From contig JAFSCM010000079.1 of assembly GCA_017436765.1 (NCBI GenBank), forward strand, positions 1 through 44,207: a DNA stretch of 44,207 nt. The letters are read 5' to 3'. The stretch is from Oscillospiraceae bacterium. Its GTDB lineage: Bacteria > Bacillota > Clostridia > Oscillospirales > Ruminococcaceae. The translations under genes and the position numbers were made by a program. Each line of letters begins with the position of its first letter. Position 1 is the first letter of the stretch. Shown in pieces: positions 36,408-44,207 of the stretch. Below the pieces are notes generated by a model, which was not told the DNA's origin, did no database searches, and saw only the letters and a program-made list of their open reading frames with translations.

Positions 36408-36677
36408 ATGACTAAACAGAAGAAAATATATATAGCAAGCACATTTACAGTTCTCGCAGCATTTGCAACACTTTTGTGTCTCTTTGCAATCAATGGCATT
36501 ACATTTACAACAGCAGTTGCCCTTATGGCAGCAGCTTTCTTTGCACAGCTTACAGTTTCCTTCTTCAAGGTGGAAAATCTTCTCCGCGCAAAACTCAAAG
36601 CAGAAAAAAGACAGAATATCCGCAGAAAACAGCTTTCCGTTGTCGGCGGCAACAAAGAAAAGCATATTGCGGCATAA
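36408..36677 (+). CDS. Hypothetical small membrane protein (2 TM, basic tail) divergent from the repressor
   Basis: The ATG at 36408 follows RBS GGTGAG. The 89 aa product has two hydrophobic helices and a K/R-rich C-terminus. Confidence 0.55.
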   Translation: MTKQKKIYIASTFTVLAAFATLLCLFAINGITFTTAVALMAAAFFAQLTVSFFKVENLLRAKLKAEKRQNIRRKQLSVVGGNKEKHIAA

Positions 36678-36970
36678 TATATGCTGTAAGCAAAAAGAAT
36701 CATCATTATTGCAGGCAGAATATAAAATAAAGTACATTACACAATAACAGCATAATGCTCTTATTTCATAAATTTTTAAGTATAACAGGGAAAAACGGAT
36801 TGTAAGTAAAAAACAACCCGTTTTTTTTCTTTTGTGCACAAAAAAATGTGCGTTTTTTTGTATATTTTGTGATAAATTGTACTTGATTTTGTGTCGGCAA
36901 AGGCGTATACTCTCATTTGGTAATTTTGTTTATAAAATTAAATTAATATAATATAATACGGAGGTTTAAT

Positions 36971-38359
36971 ATGAGCAATATTTTGCTTAATGTATCAATA
37001 GCTTTGCTTGCAGGCCTGCTTATGACAAGGGTATTTTCCCGCCTCAGACTTCCTGACGTAACAGCATATCTTGTTGCAGGTGTACTTATCGGACCTTATT
37101 GTATCGGTGCTTTCGGTATTCAGGGCCTTGGTTTTACAACAATGCATGAGGTTGAAACACTTAACCTTATTTCAAATGTTGCCCTTGGTTTTATCGCATT
37201 CTCAATCGGCAACGAGTTCAGAATAGAAGACCTTAAGAAAATCGGTAAACAGGCATTTACAATCGGTATCTTTGAAGCACTTACAGCTTCACTTTTTGTT
37301 AATATTGCACTTATTGCAATGCATTTTATTATGCCTGATAAAATTTCACTTCCACAGGCAATTGTTCTTGGTGCCATAGCAACAGCAACAGCACCGGCTG
37401 CAACACTTATGGTTGTAAGACAGTACAAAGCAAAAGGCCCTGTAACAGACCTGCTGCTGCCTATCGTTGCTCTGGACGACGCTGTTTGTCTTATCGTATT
37501 TGCTGTGCTGTTCGGTATAGCAAAAACACTTATCAGCGGTACAGTTGATTTTATTTCAATCATTGTAAATCCGCTTGTTGAAATTGCAGCTTCCCTTATC
37601 CTCGGTGCAGTTATGGGCTGGATTCTCACACAGATTGAGAAGATGTTCCATTCCAATACAAACCGTCTCAATATGACAATTGCATTTGTATTTCTCACAG
37701 TATCACTGTCAATGATTAAATTTACAGTAGGTCCTGTGCATGTAGGTTTTTCCTCTTTGCTTGTATGTATGATGCTGGGCACAGTGTTCTGCAACACCTG
37801 TCCTCTTGCAGAAGACCTTATGGGAGCAGCAGACAAATGGACATCTCCGCTCTTTGCATTGTTCTTTGTAATCAGCGGTGCAGAACTGGAACTTGATGTT
37901 TTCGGCGACGGGGCAATTGTGCTTATCGGTGTTGTATACATTGTTGTACGCTGTATCGGTAAATACACAGGTGCATATTTCAGTGCAAAGGCTACAAAAT
38001 GTTCCCCTGTAATCCAGAAATATCTTGGTATTACACTGTTCCCGCAGGCAGGTGTTGCATTGGGTATGTGTGCAACAGCCGCACAGCTGGGTACAGAAGG
38101 CGATCTCATCAGAAATATTGTTCTTTTCGCAGTTCTCATCTACGAAATTTTCGGACCACTTATGACAAGAGAAGCTCTTACAGCAGCAGGCGATATCAGA
38201 CCAAAATCTGCAGATATTATAAACCGCCGTGCAAACAAGCTGCAGGCAGCAGGTGCTGTTGAAGAAGCTGCTGAAGCTAAGGCAGATGCAGCTGAAAAGA
38301 TGGCAGAACAGGCAAAGGAATGGGCTGAAATAGAAGCAAGACGCGCTAAAAAAGATTAA
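36971..38359 (+). CDS. Cation:proton antiporter (CPA2 / Kef-type Na+/H+ exchanger family) with a charged coiled C-terminal tail
   Basis: 462 aa ORF with RBS GGAGG. The N-terminus LLAGLLMTRVFSRLRLPDVTAYLVAGVLIGP is typical of the family, with about 12 TM helices. The tail is AE/K-rich. Confidence 0.85.
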   Translation: MSNILLNVSIALLAGLLMTRVFSRLRLPDVTAYLVAGVLIGPYCIGAFGIQGLGFTTMHEVETLNLISNVALGFIAFSIGNEFRIEDLKKIGKQAFTIGIFEALTASLFVNIALIAMHFIMPDKISLPQAIVLGAIATATAPAATLMVVRQYKAKGPVTDLLLPIVALDDAVCLIVFAVLFGIAKTLISGTVDFISIIVNPLVEIAASLILGAVMGWILTQIEKMFHSNTNRLNMTIAFVFLTVSLSMIKFTVGPVHVGFSSLLVCMMLGTVFCNTCPLAEDLMGAADKWTSPLFALFFVISGAELELDVFGDGAIVLIGVVYIVVRCIGKYTGAYFSAKATKCSPVIQKYLGITLFPQAGVALGMCATAAQLGTEGDLIRNIVLFAVLIYEIFGPLMTREALTAAGDIRPKSADIINRRANKLQAAGAVEEAAEAKADAAEKMAEQAKEWAEIEARRAKKD

Positions 38360-38369
38360 TTAAAAAAGA

Positions 38370-38423
38370 AAAACAGACAAAAATATATCCGCCATATCAT
38401 CAAACTTGATATGGCGGATATTT
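38370..38423 (+). repeat. Conserved hairpin module, copy 2 of 2, acting as terminator after the antiporter gene
   Basis: AAAACAGACAAAAATATATCCGCCATATCAtcaaacttGATATGGCGGATATTT followed by GTTT. The stem and flanks are the same as at 19698-19754. Confidence 0.7.
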
Positions 38424-38496
38424 GTTTATATAAATATATATTATCAGTATGGTATCGGCTGATATAAATCAGCTGCCAGACAGTTTTTTATAATAA

Positions 38497-39060
38497 TTAA
38501 TCTTCAGGGTGTTCGGTATCTTTTTTTCTCAGGTGAGCCCATTCAAGCCATTTTACAAGTCTTTCGCGTGGGAGAAAGTAGTTTACCAGCAAAGCAACCA
38601 CAACACCGATACCTGTATCAAGAATACGGTTGAGAGAGTAGGAAACATAGGTTTCCACAGGAGTGTTGAAGAATATAATGCTCAGAACAACGCTGCCGGG
38701 CTGAACAGCACCAGGCCAGAGGTTCTGGCTTACAAGAATAAGCACAACTATACCGATAAAGAACAGCAGAAGCATAAATGGTGTTGTTCTTCCGTCAGGG
38801 TAGAATATTATATAAAAGCGGAACAGTGCCATTGCGATAAAACCGCCGAATGCTGTACCGAACAGACGGTTGCCGCCGTGAAGCTTGCTGTTGTCCATAT
38901 TGTAACCCATTCCGAACACAGCGCCGATACATGCAAAAGTAGGGTTGCGGTCAAAAGGCAGATATAACAGTGCACAAAGTGTTGCGGTAAGCGCGGTTTT
39001 TACATTTCGCATACCGATATGCAGATTCGGATGCTGAAGTGTTTCTTTCAATTTATCCAT
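38497..39060 (-). CDS. Aromatic acid exporter / FUSC-like family membrane protein (short form)
   Basis: 187 aa ORF with RBS GAAGGAAAA. The N-terminus IGMRNVKTALTATLCALLYL and the 4-5 TM layout resemble ArAE/FUSC N-terminal modules. Confidence 0.55.
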   Translation of the reverse strand: MDKLKETLQHPNLHIGMRNVKTALTATLCALLYLPFDRNPTFACIGAVFGMGYNMDNSKLHGGNRLFGTAFGGFIAMALFRFYIIFYPDGRTTPFMLLLFFIGIVVLILVSQNLWPGAVQPGSVVLSIIFFNTPVETYVSYSLNRILDTGIGVVVALLVNYFLPRERLVKWLEWAHLRKKDTEHPED

Positions 39061-39301
39061 AACAGTTTTCCTTCATTGTAATCTAAAATAATGCAGTAAA
39101 TATAATACCATTAATCAAAAGACATAACAATGCAACTTTTGCCCAAATTTAATTCACAGACAAACAGCCTTTTTGTAAAAATGTTGGAGACAGTTTAAAA
39201 TTTACAGATAAACTTATTGTTATAAAACTGATTTATCTTGTTTTTGAACCTATAAACGGATATAATGTATATGCTATATACCATTCACGGAGGATGTGTT
39301 T

Positions 39302-40147
39302 ATGAAAAAAGATGCAATCAAAGAGTTTATAATTATTACATTTGCGGATATTATTGTTGGTGTGGCGGTATTCTTTTTCCTTGTGCCGAGCAAACTGTCC
39401 ATCGGCAGCATATCTGGTCTTGCAATTGTGCTCAGCAACCTTGTACCGCTTACAATTTCACAGCTTACAATGATAATGAATGTGGCTCTGCTCATTGTCA
39501 GCTTTTTGCTTGTAGGCAGGGATTTTGGCATAAAAACAGTGTACACATCAATCCTTTTGCCAATTGTTATCGGTGTATTTGAAGTTGTATTCCCAAACAA
39601 TCAGTCTCTTACAGGCGACCAGGCACTGGACGGCATCGGCTACTGCCTTGTTGTAAGCATAGGCCTTTCAATGCTCTTTACAAGAAATGCATCTTCCGGC
39701 GGCCTTGATATTATCGCAAAACTGATGAACAAATTTCTCCGTATGGACCTTGGCAAAGCTATGGGGCTTTCAGGGATGGCGGTTGCCCTTTCATCCGCAC
39801 TGGTATATGACACAAAAACTGTTGTGCTCAGTGTTTTCGGCACATATTTCAGCGGAATAGTGCTGGACCATTTTATCTTCGGCTCCACACTGAAAAAACG
39901 CGTATGTATTATTTCGCAGAAGCACGATGAAATCCTTGCTTTTATCCTGCACGAACTTCACAGCGGGGCAACACAGTATCACGCCTATGGTACATATACA
40001 GACACAATGCGTATGGAAATCAACACCATCGTTGATAAAACAGAGTATATGAAACTTATAAACTTTATCACCAAAACTGACCCGGATGCATTTGTAACCA
40101 TCTACGCAGTAAACGAGATGATGTACAAACCAAAACCGAAAAATTGA
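39302..40147 (+). CDS. YitT-family membrane protein (with a DUF2179 C-terminal domain)
   Basis: The ATG at 39302 lies 7 nt after GGAGGA. The product has 5 TM helices, the motif NASSGGLDI and a C-terminal soluble domain (HELHSGATQYHAYGTYT). Confidence 0.85.
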   Translation: MKKDAIKEFIIITFADIIVGVAVFFFLVPSKLSIGSISGLAIVLSNLVPLTISQLTMIMNVALLIVSFLLVGRDFGIKTVYTSILLPIVIGVFEVVFPNNQSLTGDQALDGIGYCLVVSIGLSMLFTRNASSGGLDIIAKLMNKFLRMDLGKAMGLSGMAVALSSALVYDTKTVVLSVFGTYFSGIVLDHFIFGSTLKKRVCIISQKHDEILAFILHELHSGATQYHAYGTYTDTMRMEINTIVDKTEYMKLINFITKTDPDAFVTIYAVNEMMYKPKPKN

Positions 40148-40162
40148 TATATGATATAAATT

Positions 40163-40196
40163 ATCAGAGATATACTGTTTGTATCTCTGATTTTTA
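40163..40196 (+). terminator. Rho-independent terminator between the YitT paralogs
   Basis: ATCAGAGATA-ctgtttg-TATCTCTGAT followed by TTTTATT. Confidence 0.8.
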
Positions 40197-40279
40197 TTGT
40201 AAAAATTTACATATATTTGCTTTATTATGTCAAAATAAAGATGTATAATGCTTTTAAACAAACAGTTAAGGAGAATATT

Positions 40280-41128
40280 ATGAAAGCAGCAGAAAAAATT
40301 TTTGATTGGATAGTAATAACCTTTGCTACAGTTCTTGTTGCGGCAGTTGTATATTTCTTTATGGTACCAAGCAATTTGTCTGTGGGCAGTATTACAGGTC
40401 TGGCGATTGTTATCAGCAACCTTGTACCGCTTACAGTATCACAGATAACAATGATTATGAATGCTTTTCTGCTGGTAATAGGTTTTATATTTATCGGTAA
40501 AGAGTTTGGTGCAAAGACGGTTTATACATCATTGCTGCTTCCTGTAGTTCTTGGCATATTTGAGAAAATTGTTCCGGATGTTCAGTCAATCACAGGGGAC
40601 CAGTTTATTGACTGTATTGCATATTCAGTGTTTATCTGTGTTGCGCAGGCACTGCTGTTTACAAGAAATGCATCATCAGGCGGTCTTGACATTGTAGGTA
40701 AACTGCTCAACAAATATCTCCGCATAGAACTTGGCAGTGCAATTTCTATGGCAGGTATGGCGGTAGCACTGTCATCAGTTCTTGTATATGACCTTAAAAC
40801 AGTGGTAATCAGCGTTCTGGGCACATATTTCAGCGGTATCTTCCTCGACCGGTTTCTTTTCGGTTCCACAATCAAAAAGAGAATGTGTATACTTTCCAAG
40901 AAAAACGAAGAAATCCTGCAATTCATCCTGCACGATTTAAAGAGCGGTGCAACAGTGTATCACGCTTACGGTGCATATACAGATGCTGTACACAATGAAA
41001 TCAATGTTATTGTGGATAAATCCGAATATCTTAAACTTATGAATTATGTTACAAAAACAGACCCTGATGCCTTTATGACAGTTTCTACTATTAATGAAGT
41101 AATGTATCGCCCGAAAGAATTCAAATAA
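40280..41128 (+). CDS. YitT-family membrane protein, tandem paralog
   Basis: The ATG at 40280 follows AAGGAG. It aligns along its whole length with the upstream paralog, roughly two-thirds identical by eye. Confidence 0.85.
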   Translation: MKAAEKIFDWIVITFATVLVAAVVYFFMVPSNLSVGSITGLAIVISNLVPLTVSQITMIMNAFLLVIGFIFIGKEFGAKTVYTSLLLPVVLGIFEKIVPDVQSITGDQFIDCIAYSVFICVAQALLFTRNASSGGLDIVGKLLNKYLRIELGSAISMAGMAVALSSVLVYDLKTVVISVLGTYFSGIFLDRFLFGSTIKKRMCILSKKNEEILQFILHDLKSGATVYHAYGAYTDAVHNEINVIVDKSEYLKLMNYVTKTDPDAFMTVSTINEVMYRPKEFK

Positions 41129-41141
41129 ATTATATCAAGAA

Positions 41142-41177
41142 ACCCATCCGGTGGCATGTCGGATGGGTGATTTTTTG
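41142..41177 (+). terminator. Rho-independent terminator
   Basis: ACCCATCCG-gtggcatgt-CGGATGGGT followed by GATTTTTT. Confidence 0.8.
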
Positions 41178-41178
41178 C

Positions 41179-41208
41179 AAAAATAAAAAGCGGTATAAAA
41201 CCGCTTTC
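41179..41208 (-). terminator. Rho-independent terminator after the ferritin gene
   Basis: Minus strand reads AAAGCGG-ttttata-CCGCTTT followed by TTATTTTT. Confidence 0.65.
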
Positions 41209-41255
41209 TACTTTTGGGAGATATTTTTAATAGGGGGAAACTAATCAAATTTTGC

Positions 41256-41768
41256 TTAGTCAAGTACAAGACTTGGTGCAGAGTAAACTCTTGCAGCATA
41301 TTCCTGGTCAAGCAGATAGAGACCTTTAGGGTCACTGCCAAACAGTTTGTATCTGCTTATCATTTTGTCAGCATTGTCTTCTTCTTCCATCTGTTCATCA
41401 ACAAACCAGTCAAGGAATTTCATTGCTCTGTAGTCCTTGTCAAGCTGTGCTTCGTGATAGATGTTGTTGATAAGGTCTGTTACATATCTTTCGTGCTCAG
41501 CCGCAATTTCCAGTGGAGCAAGCACGCTGTCAAACACCTTATCAGGTTTGTCAATAGCCTTTAAAGTTACCTTTAACCCGTTAATCTGCATATATTTCAT
41601 AAACAGGAGAGCGTGGTCTCTTTCTTCCTGTGCCTGTATCATATAGTAGTTTGCATAGCCGTCAAGGTCAAGTTCGTCATAGTAGTTAGCCATATCAAGA
41701 TAGAGATATGCGCTGTAAAGTTCTTTGTTTATCTGGTCATTAAGCAGTTCAGCAATTTTGTTATTCAT
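41256..41768 (-). CDS. ftnA: Non-heme ferritin
   Basis: 170 aa ORF with RBS AAGGAGGA. The N-terminus LLNDQINKELYSAYLYLDMANYY and the ferroxidase-centre motif QAQEERDHAL are present. Confidence 0.9.
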   Translation of the reverse strand: MNNKIAELLNDQINKELYSAYLYLDMANYYDELDLDGYANYYMIQAQEERDHALLFMKYMQINGLKVTLKAIDKPDKVFDSVLAPLEIAAEHERYVTDLINNIYHEAQLDKDYRAMKFLDWFVDEQMEEEDNADKMISRYKLFGSDPKGLYLLDQEYAARVYSAPSLVLD

Positions 41769-41883
41769 ATGTAATCCTCCTTATAGATTTTGAGCAGAGG
41801 GCAGGGGATAAGCCTGCCGCTTACTCAATACATTTTTAAGTAAAGGTCTGAAGACCTGTATCTGTTAAGTAAAGTTAAAGCAA

Positions 41884-42435
41884 TTATTTGTTGCCGAAGT
41901 ATCTTGCAAGAAGACCTTCAAATGCTTTGCCGTGTCTTGCTTCGTCTCTTGCCATTTCATGCACTGTGTCATGGATAGCATCAAGGTTCAGTTCTTTAGC
42001 GCGTTTTGCAAGGTCAAACTTGCCTGCTGTTGCGCCGCATTCTGCTTCAACACGCATTTCAAGGTTTTTCTTTGTGCTGTCTGTTACAACTTCACCAAGA
42101 AGTTCTGCAAATTTGGAAGCGTGTTCTGCTTCTTCCCACGCAGCTTTTTCCCAGTAAAGACCGATTTCAGGATAACCTTCACGGTGTGCAACTCTTGCCA
42201 TTGCAAGGTACATACCAACTTCTGTACATTCGCCTTCAAAGTTAGCTCTCAGGTCAGCAATGATATCTTCAGGTGCACCTTTTGCAACGCCAACTACATG
42301 TTCAGCAGCCCACTGTCTCTGACCGGACTGTTCAATGAACTTTTCAGGACCAACTTTACATGTTGGGCAGAAAGCTGGTGGGCAGTCGCCTTCGTGAACG
42401 TAACCGCATACAGAACAAACAAATTTTTTAACCAT
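41884..42435 (-). CDS. rbr: Reverse rubrerythrin (N-terminal rubredoxin-like domain, C-terminal di-iron ferritin-like domain)
   Basis: 183 aa ORF with RBS GGAGGA. The N-terminal [10 protein letters not shown]...CPTC is followed by ExxH di-iron motifs ([30 protein letters not shown]). Confidence 0.9.
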   Translation of the reverse strand: MVKKFVCSVCGYVHEGDCPPAFCPTCKVGPEKFIEQSGQRQWAAEHVVGVAKGAPEDIIADLRANFEGECTEVGMYLAMARVAHREGYPEIGLYWEKAAWEEAEHASKFAELLGEVVTDSTKKNLEMRVEAECGATAGKFDLAKRAKELNLDAIHDTVHEMARDEARHGKAFEGLLARYFGNK

Positions 42436-42475
42436 AATATAATTCCTCCGAAATTTAAATATAAATTATTAATTA

Positions 42476-42877
42476 CTAAATATTTTCGCCATTCTGGCAT
42501 TTATCACATCTGCCGTAAAAGGTCAGGCTGTGATGGTCGGCCCTGAAGCCGTGCTCTCTGCTGAGAGCAGTGTACATCTCTGCAAAAGGCTGCGGTGTTT
42601 CAACATCTATTACACTTTTGCAGCATTCACAGATAAAATGTGTGTGTGGATCAGCTGTTGCGTCATATCTTTTCTGTCCGTCAACCGTTGCCACTGCAAT
42701 AACCTCACCTGTTTCTTCAAAGAGAGCAAGATTTCTGTAAACAGTGCCAAGACTGATATCGGGATAAATGGGTTTCACCTGACTGTATATCCATTCGGCA
42801 GAAGGATGACAGTCGGTGGAACGTATAGCCTGCAGTATGGCATCGCGCTTTTTGCTGTGTTTCTGTACAGGTTTCAT
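42476..42877 (-). CDS. perR: Fur-family regulator, PerR-like
   Basis: The ATG at 42877 follows GGAGGTG (the track ORF extends to 42982). It has a winged helix (HPSAEWIYSQV...ISLGTVYRNLALFEETG), metal sites HTHFICECC and the C-terminal CDKC. Confidence 0.85.
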   Translation of the reverse strand: MKPVQKHSKKRDAILQAIRSTDCHPSAEWIYSQVKPIYPDISLGTVYRNLALFEETGEVIAVATVDGQKRYDATADPHTHFICECCKSVIDVETPQPFAEMYTALSREHGFRADHHSLTFYGRCDKCQNGENI

Positions 42878-42896
42878 CTGCTCACCTCCAAAACAA

Positions 42897-42948
42897 TAAT
42901 AAGAATTATTACTGATTTTAGTATAGCACATTTTTTCTGATTGTAAAG
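42897..42948 (-). promoter_or_regulatory. perR operon promoter with a Fur/PerR-box-like palindrome
   Basis: Minus strand has TTTACA (42947-42942), a 16-nt spacer and TATACT (42925-42920). The palindrome TAATAAGAATTATTA at 42897-42911 is in 7-1-7 format with 6 of 7 matches per arm, and lies just downstream of the -10. Confidence 0.6.
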
Positions 42949-43111
42949 AGTTTTTTATAAAATTTTTATGTGACTTAATCACAAAGATACGGCAGCACAG
43001 ATGAGCAGGAAAACAACATACCGAACACAGAATTTGATTTCATTAACATATATAATTATGATATTATAAATATATAAATAATATTTTACATTGCATAAGA
43101 GAGGTGAGTAT

Positions 43112-43975
43112 ATGCATTTTGTTGACGCAAAAGGAATACTTGGCAGCAACAACGGAATAAATATGTACCGTGGCTGTACGCACGGCTGCATATACTGTGA
43201 TGCCCGCAGCAAATGCTACGGATTTACACATCGGTTTGAAGATGTTGAAGTTAAACAGAATGCCCCTGTGCTGCTTGAGAAAGCTTTGAAAAACAAAAGG
43301 AAGAAATGTATGATAGGCACAGGTTCAATGTGTGACCCGTATATGCATTGTGAAGAAGAAATCGGCATAACACGCAAATGCCTTGAAATAATAGACAGAT
43401 ACGGTTTTGGCGTAACTGTGCAGACGAAGTCAGCGCGTATACTCCGAGACCTGGAGCTGCTGAAAAGTATAAATAAAAAATCAAAGGCAGTAGTACAGAT
43501 GACACTGACCACAGCAGATGAAAAACTGTGCAAAATTCTTGAACCCAATGTTTCCACAACAAAAGAACGCTTTGAAACACTTAAAATATTGCAGGATAAC
43601 GGAATACCCACTGTTGTGTGGCTTTGCCCGATACTTCCTTTTATAAATGATACAGAGGAAAATATAAGTGCAATCCTTGATATGTGTATTGAAGCAAAGG
43701 TAAAAGGAATAATATGCTTCAATATGGGGGTTACCTTGCGAGAAGGGGACAGAGAGTACTTTTATGCTGCACTGGAAAGAAATTTCCCAGGACTTAAAGA
43801 AAAGTATATCCGTAAATACGGAAATTCCTATGATGTTACAAGCGATAACAACAGAGAGCTGATGAAACTTTTTATGGAAACCTGTTACAGAAACGGCATT
43901 ATGTATACTCCGGAAAAATGCTTTGAATACCTGCGTGAATATCCGGAAAAGGATGAGCAGCTGTCATTGTTTTGA
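43112..43975 (+). CDS. Radical SAM protein, SplB/COG1533-like (DNA-repair photolyase family)
   Basis: The ATG at 43112 follows RBS GAGAGGTGAG (the track ORF starts at a TTG at 43091). The motif is YRGCTHGCIYCDA (CxxxCxxC), and the 287 aa length fits the family. Confidence 0.75.
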   Translation: MHFVDAKGILGSNNGINMYRGCTHGCIYCDARSKCYGFTHRFEDVEVKQNAPVLLEKALKNKRKKCMIGTGSMCDPYMHCEEEIGITRKCLEIIDRYGFGVTVQTKSARILRDLELLKSINKKSKAVVQMTLTTADEKLCKILEPNVSTTKERFETLKILQDNGIPTVVWLCPILPFINDTEENISAILDMCIEAKVKGIICFNMGVTLREGDREYFYAALERNFPGLKEKYIRKYGNSYDVTSDNNRELMKLFMETCYRNGIMYTPEKCFEYLREYPEKDEQLSLF

Positions 43976-44076
43976 GTTTTAAAGCACTGAAATATCAGGA
44001 TAAAATATTAATAATAATTTGATAAAAAGTCTGGAAATATCAAAACTGATGAGAAGGAAAATGCTTTGAAAAAAAG

Positions 44077-44145
44077 TGGTAACGTTTCCAGTTTTTGAGT
44101 AAAAAATTATGGGAACGTTTCCAAAAATGAATGGGAACGTTTCCA
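44077..44145. promoter_or_regulatory. Three copies of a 14-bp LacI/cre-type palindromic operator TGGKAACGTTTCCA
   Basis: Copies at 44077-44090 (TGGTAACGTTTCCA), 44110-44123 and 44132-44145 (both TGGGAACGTTTCCA). Each has a central CG and half-sites TGGGAAC/GTTTCCA. The regulated gene lies beyond the window end. Confidence 0.6.
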
Positions 44146-44207
44146 TTAAGATTTTGTATTGTTAAAGGCTGATTTTTAGCATAATTTTATTACAAATTGT
44201 TTAAAAC

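Noticed and set aside
35322-36677. Prophage or integrative element boundary
   Set aside because: Only the CI-like repressor module is present. No integrase, excisionase, structural or replication genes lie within several kb, and no att-like direct repeats flank it. I therefore make no mobile-element call.

Overview
This 44.2 kb window looks like chromosomal DNA from a low-GC, strictly anaerobic Firmicute, probably Clostridia (Oscillospiraceae/Ruminococcaceae-like, judged from gene content). I support about 40 protein genes and one tRNA. I see no rRNA, CRISPR array, transposase, integrase or recognisable defence system.

Gene content, left to right:
- End of a PASTA-domain kinase, then rsgA and a thiamine pyrophosphokinase interrupted by an in-frame TAA.
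- An MBL-hydrolase::DeoC fusion.
- A VanW gene followed by a large lipoprotein gene.
- A cysteine desulfidase (CyuA-like) with a DAACS transporter.
- A DUF134 and NifX-like pair, both with Cys/His-rich tails.
- An OmpR/HK two-component system and a TIM-barrel isomerase-like gene.
- tRNA-Gln(CUG), followed by a 195-bp tandem repeat that re-copies the tRNA 3' end and its terminator.
- A seven-gene operon headed by PadR and DUF2812, otherwise uncharacterised envelope proteins.
- nfnAB, trkAH and a formamidase-family gene.
- A GGGtGRT and NifU-like gene pair of unknown function, facing a divergent phosphoribosyltransferase.
- potA, potB and a potC::potD fusion, behind a roughly 385-nt structured leader with its own terminator.
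- hemW and two small membrane paralogs.
- An XRE/S24 repressor switch facing a small membrane protein.
- A CPA2 antiporter, an ArAE/FUSC-like protein and two tandem YitT paralogs.
- A perR-rubrerythrin operon followed by a ferritin gene (oxidative-stress cluster), and a SplB-like radical SAM gene.
- Three LacI/cre-type operator copies at the right edge.

The best candidates for something undescribed are:
1. the tRNA-linked tandem structured repeat,
2. the pot leader RNA,
3. the GGGtGRT/NifU-like module,
4. the DUF134/NifX-like metal-tail pair with paired operators.

All functional calls come from reading the translated motifs by eye. No database search was run.
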